17,421 bases of DNA from an uncultured Chloroflexia bacterium (GCA_963833225.1 CAWHXD010000020.1:1-17421); one strand, 5' to 3'. Shown: positions 7,214-17,123, numbered from the stretch's first letter. Program-made: numbers and translations. Notes: generated by a model not told the origin, from the sequence alone.

Positions 7214-8206
7214 GTGACCACCGGACCCGACGTCGACAGCCGTCCCGTCGTCCTGCGCGCGCGGGACCTCCGCAAGCGGTACGGCTCCCTCGATGCCGTT
7301 CGAGGCGTCAGCTTCGAGGTCCGCGAGGGCGAGACCTTCGGCCTGCTGGGGCCCGCCGGCGCGGGCAAGACGACCACGATCTCGATGGTCTGCGGTCTGC
7401 TGGCTCGGGACGGGGGCGAGGTGACGCTCGATGGCGCACCGGTCGAGGTCGACACCGTCGCGGTCCGAGCCGGGATCGGCTACGTGCCCCAGGAGCCGGC
7501 CATCTACCCCGACCTCACCGGGCGCGAGAACCTCCGGTTCTTCGGGCGCCTGTACGACCTCACCGGCAGCCGTCTCGCCGCCCGTGTGGACGAGGTGCTC
7601 GCCCAGATCGGCCTTGCCGGGCGGGCACGCGACCGTGTGGGCACGTACAGCAGCGGTATGCAGCGCCGGCTCAACATCGGGATCGGGCTGCTCCATCAAC
7701 CGCGCCTGCTCCTGCTCGACGAGCCCGCGGCTGGCCTCGACCCGGCGAGCCGTCACGCGATCCTGGAATTGATCGCCGCGCTCGGGCGTGACGGGACGGC
7801 CATCGTCTATGCCACCGATCGGGCCGAGGAAGCCGAACGGCTGTGCCAGCGGATCGGGATCATGGACGGCGGTGAGATCCGGGCGGAAGGGACGCGGAGC
7901 GACCTGGTCGCGTCGGTCGGCGGCCGGGACGAGGTGCGCCTCTCGGTCACAGGTGACGTCGCCGCTGCCGCAGCGGCGGTCGCCCGCATCGAGGGTGTCG
8001 AGCGTGCGAGCCCGCATGGCGACCGGCTCGATCTTCTGGTTGCCCACGGGCACGGCGTCCTCCCGCGCCTGCTGGCCGCCGCCGAGGGGGCGGGAGCCGT
8101 GGTCCGCGACGTCGACGTCGTCGAGCCGGGCCTCGAGTCAGTGTTCCTGCATCTGACGGGCCGCCCGTTTCGTGACCTCAACGAGCAGGGCGACGAGGCG
8201 GTGTGA
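7214..8206 (+). CDS. ABC-2 type (DrrA/NodI-like) transporter ATP-binding protein with an atypical H-loop
   Basis: Walker A GPAGAGKTT, Q-loop GYVPQE, signature YSSGM and Walker B LLLLDEP. The H-loop reads YATDR. The C-terminal extension ends EPGLESVFLHLTG. Confidence 0.9.
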   Translation: MTTGPDVDSRPVVLRARDLRKRYGSLDAVRGVSFEVREGETFGLLGPAGAGKTTTISMVCGLLARDGGEVTLDGAPVEVDTVAVRAGIGYVPQEPAIYPDLTGRENLRFFGRLYDLTGSRLAARVDEVLAQIGLAGRARDRVGTYSSGMQRRLNIGIGLLHQPRLLLLDEPAAGLDPASRHAILELIAALGRDGTAIVYATDRAEEAERLCQRIGIMDGGEIRAEGTRSDLVASVGGRDEVRLSVTGDVAAAAAAVARIEGVERASPHGDRLDLLVAHGHGVLPRLLAAAEGAGAVVRDVDVVEPGLESVFLHLTGRPFRDLNEQGDEAV

Positions 8207-9405
8207 TGCGGAGCCGGCGGTGGAGGCTCGTGGCGCTGATCGCTGCCAAGGATCTCCGTCAGCGATCGCGGGACCGGTCGGCGGTGCTGGTCGTGCTGGT
8301 GGCGCCGCTCGGGCTGGCGATCATGTTCAGCCTCCTGATCGCCCCGGCCACGGACTTCCGCGCCCACTACGCGGTCGTCGATCTCGACGGCGGCAACCTC
8401 GCGTCGGCGCTCCGAACCGACGTCGTCGGCTCGCTCGAGGCGTCGGGGGGTGTGGCCGTTACCGACCTGCCCACCGAGGCGGATGCCCGGGCATCGGTCG
8501 GTGCGGGCGTGGACGCCGCGTTCATCATTCCCCAGGGCTTCACGCGGGCGATCGAGTCGGGCAGCTCCACCACCCTCACGATCGTCGGCGCGGCCAGCGA
8601 CCCGCTATCGGTGGCTGTCGCCCGTGCCACTGCCCAGGCGTTCGGGGACAGGCAGGCGACCGTGCAGCTCGCGGCGTCGACCGTCGCCGGCCTCCGCGGG
8701 CGTGCTCCTCGACCCCGCGGCGCGCCTGCGAGTCGCCGATGCCGCCGCCGGGATCACGCCGCCGGTCGCGGTGCTGGACCGTCGCGGCGAGCGTTCGCCG
8801 GCTCGACCTTCGGACGTTCTTCAGCGCCTCGATGGCGATCCTGTTCCTGTTCTTGACGGCGCAGATCGGGACGCTCGGCATGTTCGAGGAACGCCGGCAG
8901 GGCACCTTGGCCCGGATGCTGGCGGGCCCGGTTCCTCCGTGGACGATCGTGGCGGGGAAGACCTTGGGCGTCTTCTCGATGAGCCTGCTCGCGATGGCGA
9001 CGCCGGCCGTGGCCACGACGGCGCTGATCGGAGCGGAGCTGGGGACCGCCGATCGCCGTGGCCGCACTGATCGTGGCGGTGGTGACGGCGGCGCTCGGGA
9101 TCTCCGCCCTGATCGCGTCGCTCGCGAGCTCGGCGGCGATGGCAGGCGCGGCCGGGTTCGCAGTCGCCGTCACGCTGGCGATCCTCGGCGGGTCTTTGTG
9201 GCCCGTGGCCGAGGGTCCGGCGGTCATGTCCACGCTGGCGCTGCTCACCCCGCACGGCTGGTTCCTTCGCGGGCTCGGCGACCTGCGCGGCCAGGGAGCG
9301 ACGGTCACCGATGCGGTGCAGGCGATGCTGGTGCTGGTGGCGATCGGCCTGGTGACGGGCGCGCTGGCTGCGCTCCGAGAGCGCCGGCGGGTGCGGGCGG
9401 GATGA
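8206..9405 (+). pseudogene. ABC-2 type permease, three +1 frameshifts (pseudogene or sequencing error)
   Basis: IAAKDLRQRSRDRSA..., then +1 at GGG 8698-8700 (GVLLDPAARL...), +1 at CC 8779-8780 (SVRRLDLRTFFSASMAILFLF...EERRQGTLARMLAGP), and +1 at about 9035-9044 (SWGPPIAVAALIV...LTPHGWFLRGL) to TGA 9405. The repaired product is a normal permease of about 400 aa. Confidence 0.8.
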
Positions 9406-10577
9406 TCGATCCCGGCAAGGCGATCGAGGTCGCGCGCGTGAGCCTGCTTCGCCAGGTGCGGGACCGAAGCGATCTGTTCATCGTGTTCGTGCTCCCGACG
9501 CTCGTCATCGTCGCGCTCGGGCTCCAGTTCGGCGGCGACGGCCAGGCGCGGCTGGGGGTGGTGGCCCGACGGGCGATCCCGCGGCCACCGAGCTGATCGA
9601 CGCGCTCAAGGCCGACGACACCGAGCTCGACGTGCGGTCCGTCGCCGACGAGACCACCCTTCGGGCCCAGGTGGAGCGCGGTGAGCTCGAGGCAGGCGTG
9701 GTCATCCCCGAGGCGTTCGGCGCGACGCTGCGCGCCGGCGGCCCGATCGTCGTCCGCTATCTCGCGGGGGGCATCGGGGCATCGGGAATGCGTGCGCCCG
9801 TGGAGGCGGCGGTCGCCCGCCTTGACGCGATCGCGATCGCGGCGAGGGTCGCGGCGGAGGAGGGCGCGGGGTCTTTCGACGAGGCGGCAGCTGCGGCGCG
9901 AGAGGCGCTCGTCACCGTGCCCGAGGTGGCCGTCGACGTCTCGATCGTGGGCGAGCCGGCGCCGTTGGCCGGCTTCTCGCGGTTCACGTTCGGCGCTTCG
10001 ACACAGCTGGTGATGTTCATGTTCCTGACGTCGCTCATCGCAGCAGCACGCCTCGTCGGGACCCGCCAGCTCGGCGTCTCACGACGGATGCTCGCCGGTC
10101 CGACAACCGTGGCGACCATCGTCGCGGGAGAGTCCATGGGCCGCTGCGCGATCGCGCTCCTGCAGGCCGTGTACATCGTCCTCGTTGCACGCGCTGGTGT
10201 TCGGCGTCTCATGGGGCGATCCAATCGCCGCGGGCGCGGTCATCGCGCTGTTCATGCTGGTCTCCGCCGGTGCCGCGATGCTGATCGGTGCCGTCGCGGG
10301 CAGCCCGGATCAGGCGGGATCGATCGGCGTGTTCGTCGGCCTCACGCTGGGAGCGCTCGGCGGCTGCATGATCCCGATCCAGCTCATGCCCGAGGCGATG
10401 CAGGCGGTCGCGCGGCTCCTCCCCCACTCCTGGGCGGTTCTCGGTCTCCAGTCGCTGATGCGTGACCCGGCCACGGGCCTGGCCGGGATCGCGCCGAACC
10501 TGGCCGTCCTGGCGATCTACGGGGTCGCCACGATGGGTCTCGCGGCCTGGCGCTTTCGGCGAGCGATCACGGCGTAG
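9402..10577 (+). pseudogene. Second ABC-2 type permease, two frameshifts (pseudogene or sequencing error)
   Basis: ATGA-coupled start MIDPGKAIEVARVSLLRQVRDRSDLF. A -1 at CCC 9565-9567 restores APTGDPAATELID..., and a +1 at about 10190 restores ALVFGVSWGDP...LGGCMIP...PHSWA to TAG 10577. Confidence 0.8.
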
Positions 10578-10655
10578 CTGCCCGGGCGGCGGTCTCACCC
10601 GGTCCCGTTGCAAACAGAACCCGGGACTGATATCCGGCGAAGACCGCGCGGGCAG
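10578..10655. terminator. Long imperfect stem-loop directly after the permease stop
   Basis: Nested pairings CTGCCCG/CGGGCAG (10578-84/10649-55), GCGGTCT/AGACCGC (10589-95/10641-47) and GTCCCG/CGGGAC (10602-07/10622-27). Function inferred from position only. Confidence 0.4.
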
Positions 10656-10849
10656 GGCGGCAAGCGGTGGTCGGTGGCAGAGTCGCCGGGCTGGGTGGAG
10701 AGCGACGTGTCGCGGCGGACGGGGCGACGGCCGCGGCGGACGGACGACCGACCCCGAGAACGCGTGAGTGGACAGCCGGCGCCACTCCGCATATGCTTCA
10801 CGCCGCATTGAACATCTACCTGCCGCTAAGAGGTTCGCCGGAGTCCTCC

Positions 10850-11422
10850 ATGAACCGCAAGGACCTGATCACCGAGGTGATCGACGAGCTCAGCGCGCAT
10901 GCGCCGTTCCGGATGATGCGATCCATGCGCCGCTGGCCCACCGGTCCGCTCAGCCTGGTCCATCTGCACGTGCTGATGCTGCTGATCGAGGATGGGCCGC
11001 TACCGATGCGCGCCCTGGCCGACACGCTCGACGTCTCCCAGGCGAGCGCGACCGGAATCGTGGATCGCATGGAGCAGCGCGGCCTGGTCGAGCGGCGCCG
11101 CGATGACGAGGATCGGCGGGTCGTTCGGGTCGCGTTGACTGACGCCGGCCGACAGGTGATCGTCGGGATCGGCAGCGAGCGTCGAGGCCACCTGACGACC
11201 CTGCTCGACGAGCTGACCGACGAGGAGCTCGCCGGGCTCCTGCGCGGTTCCCGAGCCCTCCGACGGGTGCGCGAGCGCATGCACGCCCAGCTCTCCGGCG
11301 AAGAACCGTCGCGCAACGGGGTTGACCCTCGCCCAGCGGAAGCTCCTGCCTTCTCGCCACAAACCCAGCCGGGCCGGCAGCCGGCAAGCCATTCCCGTCC
11401 GATCCAGGAGACGTCCCGGTGA
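10850..11422 (+). CDS. MarR family transcriptional regulator
   Basis: LSLVHLHVL..L...GPLPMRALADTLDVSQASATGIVDRMEQRGLVERRRDDEDRRVVRVALTDAG is a winged HTH with DRR. Start moved to ATG 10850, which has a GGAG RBS. The stop overlaps the next gene (GTGA). Confidence 0.93.
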   Translation: MNRKDLITEVIDELSAHAPFRMMRSMRRWPTGPLSLVHLHVLMLLIEDGPLPMRALADTLDVSQASATGIVDRMEQRGLVERRRDDEDRRVVRVALTDAGRQVIVGIGSERRGHLTTLLDELTDEELAGLLRGSRALRRVRERMHAQLSGEEPSRNGVDPRPAEAPAFSPQTQPGRQPASHSRPIQETSR

Positions 11423-13146
11423 TCAGCCTGTTCCGAAGGTTCCTGCCGCCCTACCGGTGGGCGATCACGATCGTCGTGATCCTGCTCCTGGTGCAGGCCA
11501 TCGCCAACCTGTACCTGCCCGAGCTCAACGCCGACATCATCAACAACGGCGTCGCCAAGGGCGACACCGACTACATCATCCGGACCGGCGGCTTCATGCT
11601 GGTGGTGACGTTCGCGCTGGGCGTGGCGGCGATCGTCGGCGTCTTCTTCGGAGCGCGCACCGCGATGGCCTTCGGCAGCGACGTGCGCAGCGCGCTGTTC
11701 CGGCAGGTCCAGGTGTTCAGTCAGGTCGAGGTCAACCACTTCGGCGCGGCCAGCCTGATCACCCGCAACACGAACGACGTCCAGCAGGTGCAGATGGTCG
11801 TCCTGCTGGCCCTCAACGTGATGATCTCGGCACCGATCATGGCCATCGGCGGGGTGATCATGGCCCTCCGCCAGGACGTGCCGCTGTCGGGCATCCTGCT
11901 CGTGATCCTGCCGCTCATGGCCGCTCTGATCGGGTTCGTCATGAGCCGCGCGGTCCCGCTGTTCCAGGCGATGCAGCGCAAGCTCGACCGGATCAACCTC
12001 GTGATGCGCGAGACGCTGGCCGGCGTGCGCGTGATCCGCGCCTTCGTCCGCACCCGCCACGAGGAGCAGCGGTTCGACGACGCGAACGAGGACCTGATGG
12101 AGACCGCCCTCAGCGTCAACCGCCTGTTCGCGGTCACGCTCCCCATCCTGATGGCGATCATGAACCTGTCGACGGTGGCGGTGCTGTGGCTTGGCGCCTA
12201 CCGGGTCGACAGCGGCGGCATGCCGATCGGCAACCTGACCGCGTTCCTCCAGTACATCATGCAGGTCCTGTTCGCGGTCATGACGGCCGTGATCATGTTC
12301 GTGATGGTGCCGCGGGCGGCCGTGTCGGGTGGCCGGATCGCCGAGGTGCTGGACACGCAGCCGGCGATCTCGGATCCGCCGACGCCCATCTCCCCGGTTC
12401 GCACGGGCCAGGTCGAGTTCCGCGACGTCGAGTTCCGCTACCCGGGCGCCGAGGAGGCGGTGCTGCGCAACATCTCGTTCCGGGCCACCCCGGGCGAGAC
12501 CACGGCCATCGTCGGATCGACGGGGAGCGGCAAGTCCACGCTCATCAACCTCATCCCACGCCTCTACGAGGCGACCGCCGGCCAGGTGCTGGTGGACGGC
12601 GTGGACGTGCGGGAGATGGACCGCGCCGATCTCCGGAAGCGGATCGGGTTGATCCCCCAGCGCGCGTTCCTGTTCAGTGGCTCGATCGCCACCAACCTGC
12701 GCTTCGGCGACGACCAGGCGTCCGAGACCGACATGTGGCGGGCGCTCGAGATCGCCCAGGGCCGGGACTTCGTCGAGGAGATGGCCGAGCAGCTCGAGGC
12801 TCCAATCGCCCAGGGCGGTACCAACGTGTCGGGCGGCCAGCGCCAGCGTCTCGCGATCGCGCGCGCCCTCGCCCACAAGCCCGACGTCTACGTGTTCGAC
12901 GACAGCTTCTCCGCGCTCGACTTCCGGACCGACGCCCGGCTGCGGGCTGCGCTGACCAGGGATCTGGGCGAGGCGACCGTGATCATCGTTGCCCAGCGTG
13001 TGGGAACGATCCTCCACGCCGACCGGATCGTGGTCCTCGAGGCCGGCGCGATCGCCGGGATCGGGACCCACGACGAACTGATGCGGACCTGCGAGACCTA
13101 TCGGGAGATCGTGCTGTCCCAGGTCACCGAGGAGGAGGTCGCATGA
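11419..13146 (+). CDS. Heterodimeric multidrug ABC exporter subunit A (TMD+NBD; TM287/EfrA-like, degenerate site)
   Basis: TMD with SLITRNTNDVQQVQ, Walker A GSTGSGKST, signature VSGGQRQR, non-canonical Walker B VYVFDDSFSALD (E to D) and switch VAQR (H to Q), as in TM287-type subunits. Confidence 0.93.
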   Translation: MISLFRRFLPPYRWAITIVVILLLVQAIANLYLPELNADIINNGVAKGDTDYIIRTGGFMLVVTFALGVAAIVGVFFGARTAMAFGSDVRSALFRQVQVFSQVEVNHFGAASLITRNTNDVQQVQMVVLLALNVMISAPIMAIGGVIMALRQDVPLSGILLVILPLMAALIGFVMSRAVPLFQAMQRKLDRINLVMRETLAGVRVIRAFVRTRHEEQRFDDANEDLMETALSVNRLFAVTLPILMAIMNLSTVAVLWLGAYRVDSGGMPIGNLTAFLQYIMQVLFAVMTAVIMFVMVPRAAVSGGRIAEVLDTQPAISDPPTPISPVRTGQVEFRDVEFRYPGAEEAVLRNISFRATPGETTAIVGSTGSGKSTLINLIPRLYEATAGQVLVDGVDVREMDRADLRKRIGLIPQRAFLFSGSIATNLRFGDDQASETDMWRALEIAQGRDFVEEMAEQLEAPIAQGGTNVSGGQRQRLAIARALAHKPDVYVFDDSFSALDFRTDARLRAALTRDLGEATVIIVAQRVGTILHADRIVVLEAGAIAGIGTHDELMRTCETYREIVLSQVTEEEVA

Positions 13147-15169
13147 GCGGGCCGATGGGGCGGCCGGGCGGTGGCGCCGGCGGCATGAGCGGTGCTCGCC
13201 GGCGGCCGATGGGCCCCGGGGCGGCGGACCCGGCCACATGTTCTCTCAGATGCCGGCGGCAAAGTCCAAGGACTTCAAGGGCTCGTTCCGGCGGCTCCTG
13301 GGCGAGCTGCGGCCGGAGCGGATGCTGATCGCGATCGTCCTCGTGCTGGGCGTGGTCAGCGTGTTCTTCGTCATCCTGGGGCCCAAGATCCTGGGCAACG
13401 CGACCAACGTCCTGTTCGAGGGCGTGATCGGCAGGCAGCTGGGTCAGATGGGCCTGGCCAACGTACCCAAGGATCAGATCGTGAGCGGGCTGCGGGCGGC
13501 GGGCCAGGACAACTTCGCCGACATGCTCGCGAGCATGAACGTCGTGCCCGGCGTGGGCGTCGACTTCGGCCAGCTGGTCCCGATCCTGTCGTTCGTGGCC
13601 GTGATCTATCTGCTGAGCTCGGTGTTCAGCTGGGGCCAGGCCTACATCATGGCCGGCGTCACCCAGCGGACCGTGTACCGCCTGCGCCGCCGCGTGGACG
13701 AGAAGCTCGGCCGGCTACCGCTCGCCTACTTCGATCGGGAGTCGCGCGGCGACATCCTGTCCCGGGTCACCAACGACATCGACAACATCAGCCAGTCCCT
13801 GCAGCAGAGCCTGACCCAGCTGATTACCTCGGTCCTGACCGTGATCGGGGTGCTGATCATGATGCTCACGATCAGCCCGCTGCTGGCTGTCATCTCGCTC
13901 CTGGTCGTGCCGGCCTCGCTGATCGTGACCATGTTCATCGCGAGCCGCTCGCAGAGAGAGTTCGCCGCCCAGTGGGAGCGGACGGGTGCGCTCAACGGCC
14001 ACGTCGAGGAGATGCACACCGGTCACGCGATCGTCAAGCTGTTCGGCCGCCAGGAGGAAGCGATCGCCGAGTTCGACGAGCGCAACGAAGCGCTCTACCA
14101 GGCCAGCTTCAAGGCCCAGTTCATCTCGGGCATGATCCAGCCGGCGATGCGGTTCATCTCCAACCTCAACTACGTCGCGATCGCGGTCATCGGCGGCGTC
14201 CGCGTCGCCACCGGCCAGATGTCGCTGGGCGATGTCCAGGCGTTCATCCAGTACTCGCGCCAGTTCACGATGCCGATCGTCCAGGCGGCCAGCATCGTCA
14301 ACGTGCTCCAGAGTGCGGTGGCATCGGCCGAGCGGGTGTTCGAGCTGCTCGACGAGGCCGAGGAGATCCCGGATCCGGTGGTACCCAAGGTGCTCCCCGT
14401 GCCGGCCGTGGGCAGGGTGGCATTCGAGAAGGTGGCCTTCCGCTACGAGCGGGACAAGCCGCTGATCGAGGACCTCGACCTGGTCGCCGAGTCGGGGCAG
14501 ACGATCGCGATCGTCGGCCCGACCGGCGCCGGCAAGACCACCCTGGTGAACCTGCTGATGCGCTTCTACAACGTGGACGAGGGGCGGATCACGGTCGACG
14601 GCATCGACACCCGCGAGCTGACCCGCGACAACCTGCGCCGGACGTTCGGCATGGTGCTCCAGGACGCCTGGCTGTTCAACGGCACGATCCGGGAGAACAT
14701 CGAGTACGGCGCGGATGACGTCTCGGTCGCCGAGGAGCACCTCGTCGAAGCTGCCGAGGCCGCCCACGTGGACCACTTCGTGCGCACCCTGACCGACGGC
14801 TACGAGACGGTGCTCGACGACGATGCGACCAACGTGTCCGCGGGCGAGAAGCAGCTGCTGACGATCGCCCGGGCCTTCCTGGCCGACCCGCCGGTCCTCA
14901 TCCTCGACGAGGCGACCTCGTCGGTGGACACGCGGACGGAGGTCCTGATCCAGAAGGCGATGTCGAAGCTGATGCAGGGACGGACGTCGTTCGTGATCGC
15001 GCACCGGCTGTCGACCATCCGGGACGCGGACCTCATCCTGGTCATGAACCACGGCCGGATCGTGGAGCGCGGCACGCACGAGGAGCTGCTGGCGGCCCGC
15101 GGCTTCTACCACGAGCTGTATGCGAGCCAGTTCGAGGAGGCGGCCGAGCCGCTCGAGCCGGTGGCCTGA
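13143..15169 (+). CDS. Heterodimeric multidrug ABC exporter subunit B (TMD+NBD; TM288/EfrB-like); probable -1 indel near the 5' end
   Basis: GDILSRVTNDIDN, Walker A GPTGAGKTT, non-canonical signature VSAGEKQ, canonical ILDEATSSVD and IAHRLSTI. The intact ORF is 13238-15169. The ATGA-coupled start at 13143 joins it if one base is added in CCCCGGGG (13214-13221). Confidence 0.9.
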
Positions 15170-15376
15170 CCGCGCCCGCCGATCGGGACCCGGGAACCGC
15201 CGGACAGGCCGGAGGTCCCTTCACCGGGCAACGCAGTGAACTCAGGATGAATGGCGATCCACGACAGGCGCTGATGCCTGCCGGAGTCAGCGCGCGCCGG
15301 ACGACGGGCGCGGCAGGGCGACGCAGCGCGCGCCGCACCACGGCGCAGCGTCGCGACAGCCCAACGGAGGGTTTCG

Positions 15377-16294
15377 ATGGCCCAGCCCGTCATCGAGGCC
15401 GTCGGCCTCACCAAGCTCTACGGCAAGCGTCGCGGCGTCGAGGAAGTGACGTTCGCGGTCGATGAAGGCCAGGCGTTCGGCTTTCTCGGCCCCAACGGTG
15501 CCGGCAAGACGACGACCATCCGCGTGCTGCTGGGGTTCCTCCGGGCCACTCGCGGCGAGGCGCGCGTGCTTGGCCAGCACGCCTTCGACGAGGCACCGGC
15601 GATCCATACCCGCGTGGCCTACCTGGGCAGCGATCCGGGCTTCCTGGGCGAGCTGACGAGCGCCGAGCAGCTCGACTATCTCGCCCGCCTGCGCGGGCTC
15701 CCGCGTGGTGCGTGGCGGCCGCTCGCCGAGCGCCTGGAGCTGGACCCCACGGTCCGGATCCGGCGGCTGTCCCGGGGTAACCGCCAGAAGATCGGCGTCA
15801 TCGCCGCATTCATGGGCCACGAGCCCGTGCTCATCCTCGACGAGCCGACCAGCGGCCTCGATCCGCTGATGCAGCGCGAGTTCCTGGCGCTCGCCGCGGA
15901 GGCCAGGGCCGAGGGCCGGACGATGTTCCTGTCCAGCCACAACCTGGTCGAGGTGGAGCGTGCGTGCGATCGCGTGGCCATCATCCGCGATGGCCGGATC
16001 GTCGACGTGAGCACCGTGGGTCAGCTGCTCGGCGTGCACTGGCGCTCGGTCAACCTGGTGCTGTCCGCCCCGGCGGCACCGGCCGCCTTCGACCTCCCCA
16101 ACGTCGAGGTCGCGGCCATGACGGGTCGCGAGGTGCACCTCATGGTCCGCGGCGACGTCAACCCGCTGCTGGACCGGATCGCCTCCCTGACGGTCCAGGA
16201 CATCGCGATCACCACCCCCGACGTCGAGGACCTGTTCCTGCGCTACTACCGTGACGAGGCTCCCGTCACGGCGACCGAGGAGGTGCCGGCATGA
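15377..16294 (+). CDS. ABC-2 type transporter ATP-binding protein
   Basis: GPNGAGKTT, LSRGNRQK, LILDEPTSGLDP and FLSSHNL. GGAGG RBS upstream. Confidence 0.94.
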   Translation: MAQPVIEAVGLTKLYGKRRGVEEVTFAVDEGQAFGFLGPNGAGKTTTIRVLLGFLRATRGEARVLGQHAFDEAPAIHTRVAYLGSDPGFLGELTSAEQLDYLARLRGLPRGAWRPLAERLELDPTVRIRRLSRGNRQKIGVIAAFMGHEPVLILDEPTSGLDPLMQREFLALAAEARAEGRTMFLSSHNLVEVERACDRVAIIRDGRIVDVSTVGQLLGVHWRSVNLVLSAPAAPAAFDLPNVEVAAMTGREVHLMVRGDVNPLLDRIASLTVQDIAITTPDVEDLFLRYYRDEAPVTATEEVPA

Positions 16295-17088
16295 CCGCGC
16301 TTCGCCTCGAGCTCCGGCGCGACCGGAGCCTGCTCCTGTGGCTGGGGGTCGCCCTCGGCGGCTATGCCGCCCTGATGGGCTTCATGTACCCGATCATGCT
16401 CGAGAACGATGCGCTGTTCGCGGCCTACATGGACACGTTCCCCAAGGAGTTCCTGGCCGCGTTCGGGATGACCGGGCTGCTGTCCGATCCCGGCGTGTTC
16501 TTCACCACCTACATCGGCAGCTGGCTGTGGCCGATCATCGCCGCCGCCGCCGGCCTGCTCATCGGCACCCGGGCCGTGGCCGCCGACCTCGACCGCGGCT
16601 TCCTCGACCTGCCGCTCGCGACGCGGATCTCGCGGACGCGCTACCTGGCCACGTCGATCACCGGTCAGGTTGTGGTCATGGCGGTCCTGGCAACGGTCGC
16701 CGTGCTCGGGCTGTGGGCCTCGGGCCGCCTGGTAGGTGCCGAGTTCGATCTCGCACGGTTCGGGCTCGCCGGGGTGCTCGCGTTCGCGTTCGGATGCGCG
16801 ATCGCGGGATCTGCGACCTTGCTTTCGGTGCTGACCCTGAGTCGCAGCATGGCATCCGGGATCGTCGGTGGCGTGCTGATCCTGATGTACGCGATCTTCG
16901 TGCTCTCGGGCGTTGCCGGCGATTGGCAGTGGCTCGGGCCGCTGTCCGCCTGGAACCACTTCCCGACCACGAAGCTGATCGACCAGGGCGTGTTCCCGCT
17001 GGGCGACCTCGCGCTGTTCACGGTGATCGCGGCAGGCACCTGGCTCGGCGCCCTGTGGGCGTTCCGGCGGCGGGATCTGGCTGCCTGA
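16291..17088 (+). CDS. ABC-2 type transporter permease subunit
   Basis: ATGA overlap with the ATPase and GGAGG upstream. About six hydrophobic segments, DLDRGFLDLPLATRISRTRY and a C-terminal FRRRDL. Confidence 0.92.
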   Translation: MTALRLELRRDRSLLLWLGVALGGYAALMGFMYPIMLENDALFAAYMDTFPKEFLAAFGMTGLLSDPGVFFTTYIGSWLWPIIAAAAGLLIGTRAVAADLDRGFLDLPLATRISRTRYLATSITGQVVVMAVLATVAVLGLWASGRLVGAEFDLARFGLAGVLAFAFGCAIAGSATLLSVLTLSRSMASGIVGGVLILMYAIFVLSGVAGDWQWLGPLSAWNHFPTTKLIDQGVFPLGDLALFTVIAAGTWLGALWAFRRRDLAA

Positions 17089-17123
17089 GCGTCAACCTGG
17101 CCGCCGCTGCCCTGACTTGCTGG

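Noticed and set aside
6947-8053. 368-aa minus-strand ORF as a real gene
   Set aside because: Most of it is antisense to the ABC ATPase. Only its last ~55 codons carry signal, and they are reported separately.
10711-10743. Direct repeat CGCGGCGGACGG twice at a 21-bp period
   Set aside because: Two short GC-only-like copies in a GC-rich spacer fit chance or local slippage.
10816-13239. 807-aa minus-strand ORF and other long antisense or alternate-frame ORFs (e.g. 13715-15112, 11322-13328, 2915-4276)
   Set aside because: These are shadow ORFs of well-supported genes, caused by high GC3 codon bias, and have no recognisable motifs.
11419-15169. Degenerate NBD motifs (FDD, AQR, VSAGE) as a novelty
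   Set aside because: This is the well-known asymmetric site arrangement of TM287/288-type heterodimeric exporters.
15245-15292. Fluoride riboswitch
   Set aside because: GCTGATG is present, but the GGNGATGG..TC.CC 5' element and the pseudoknot partner are not.
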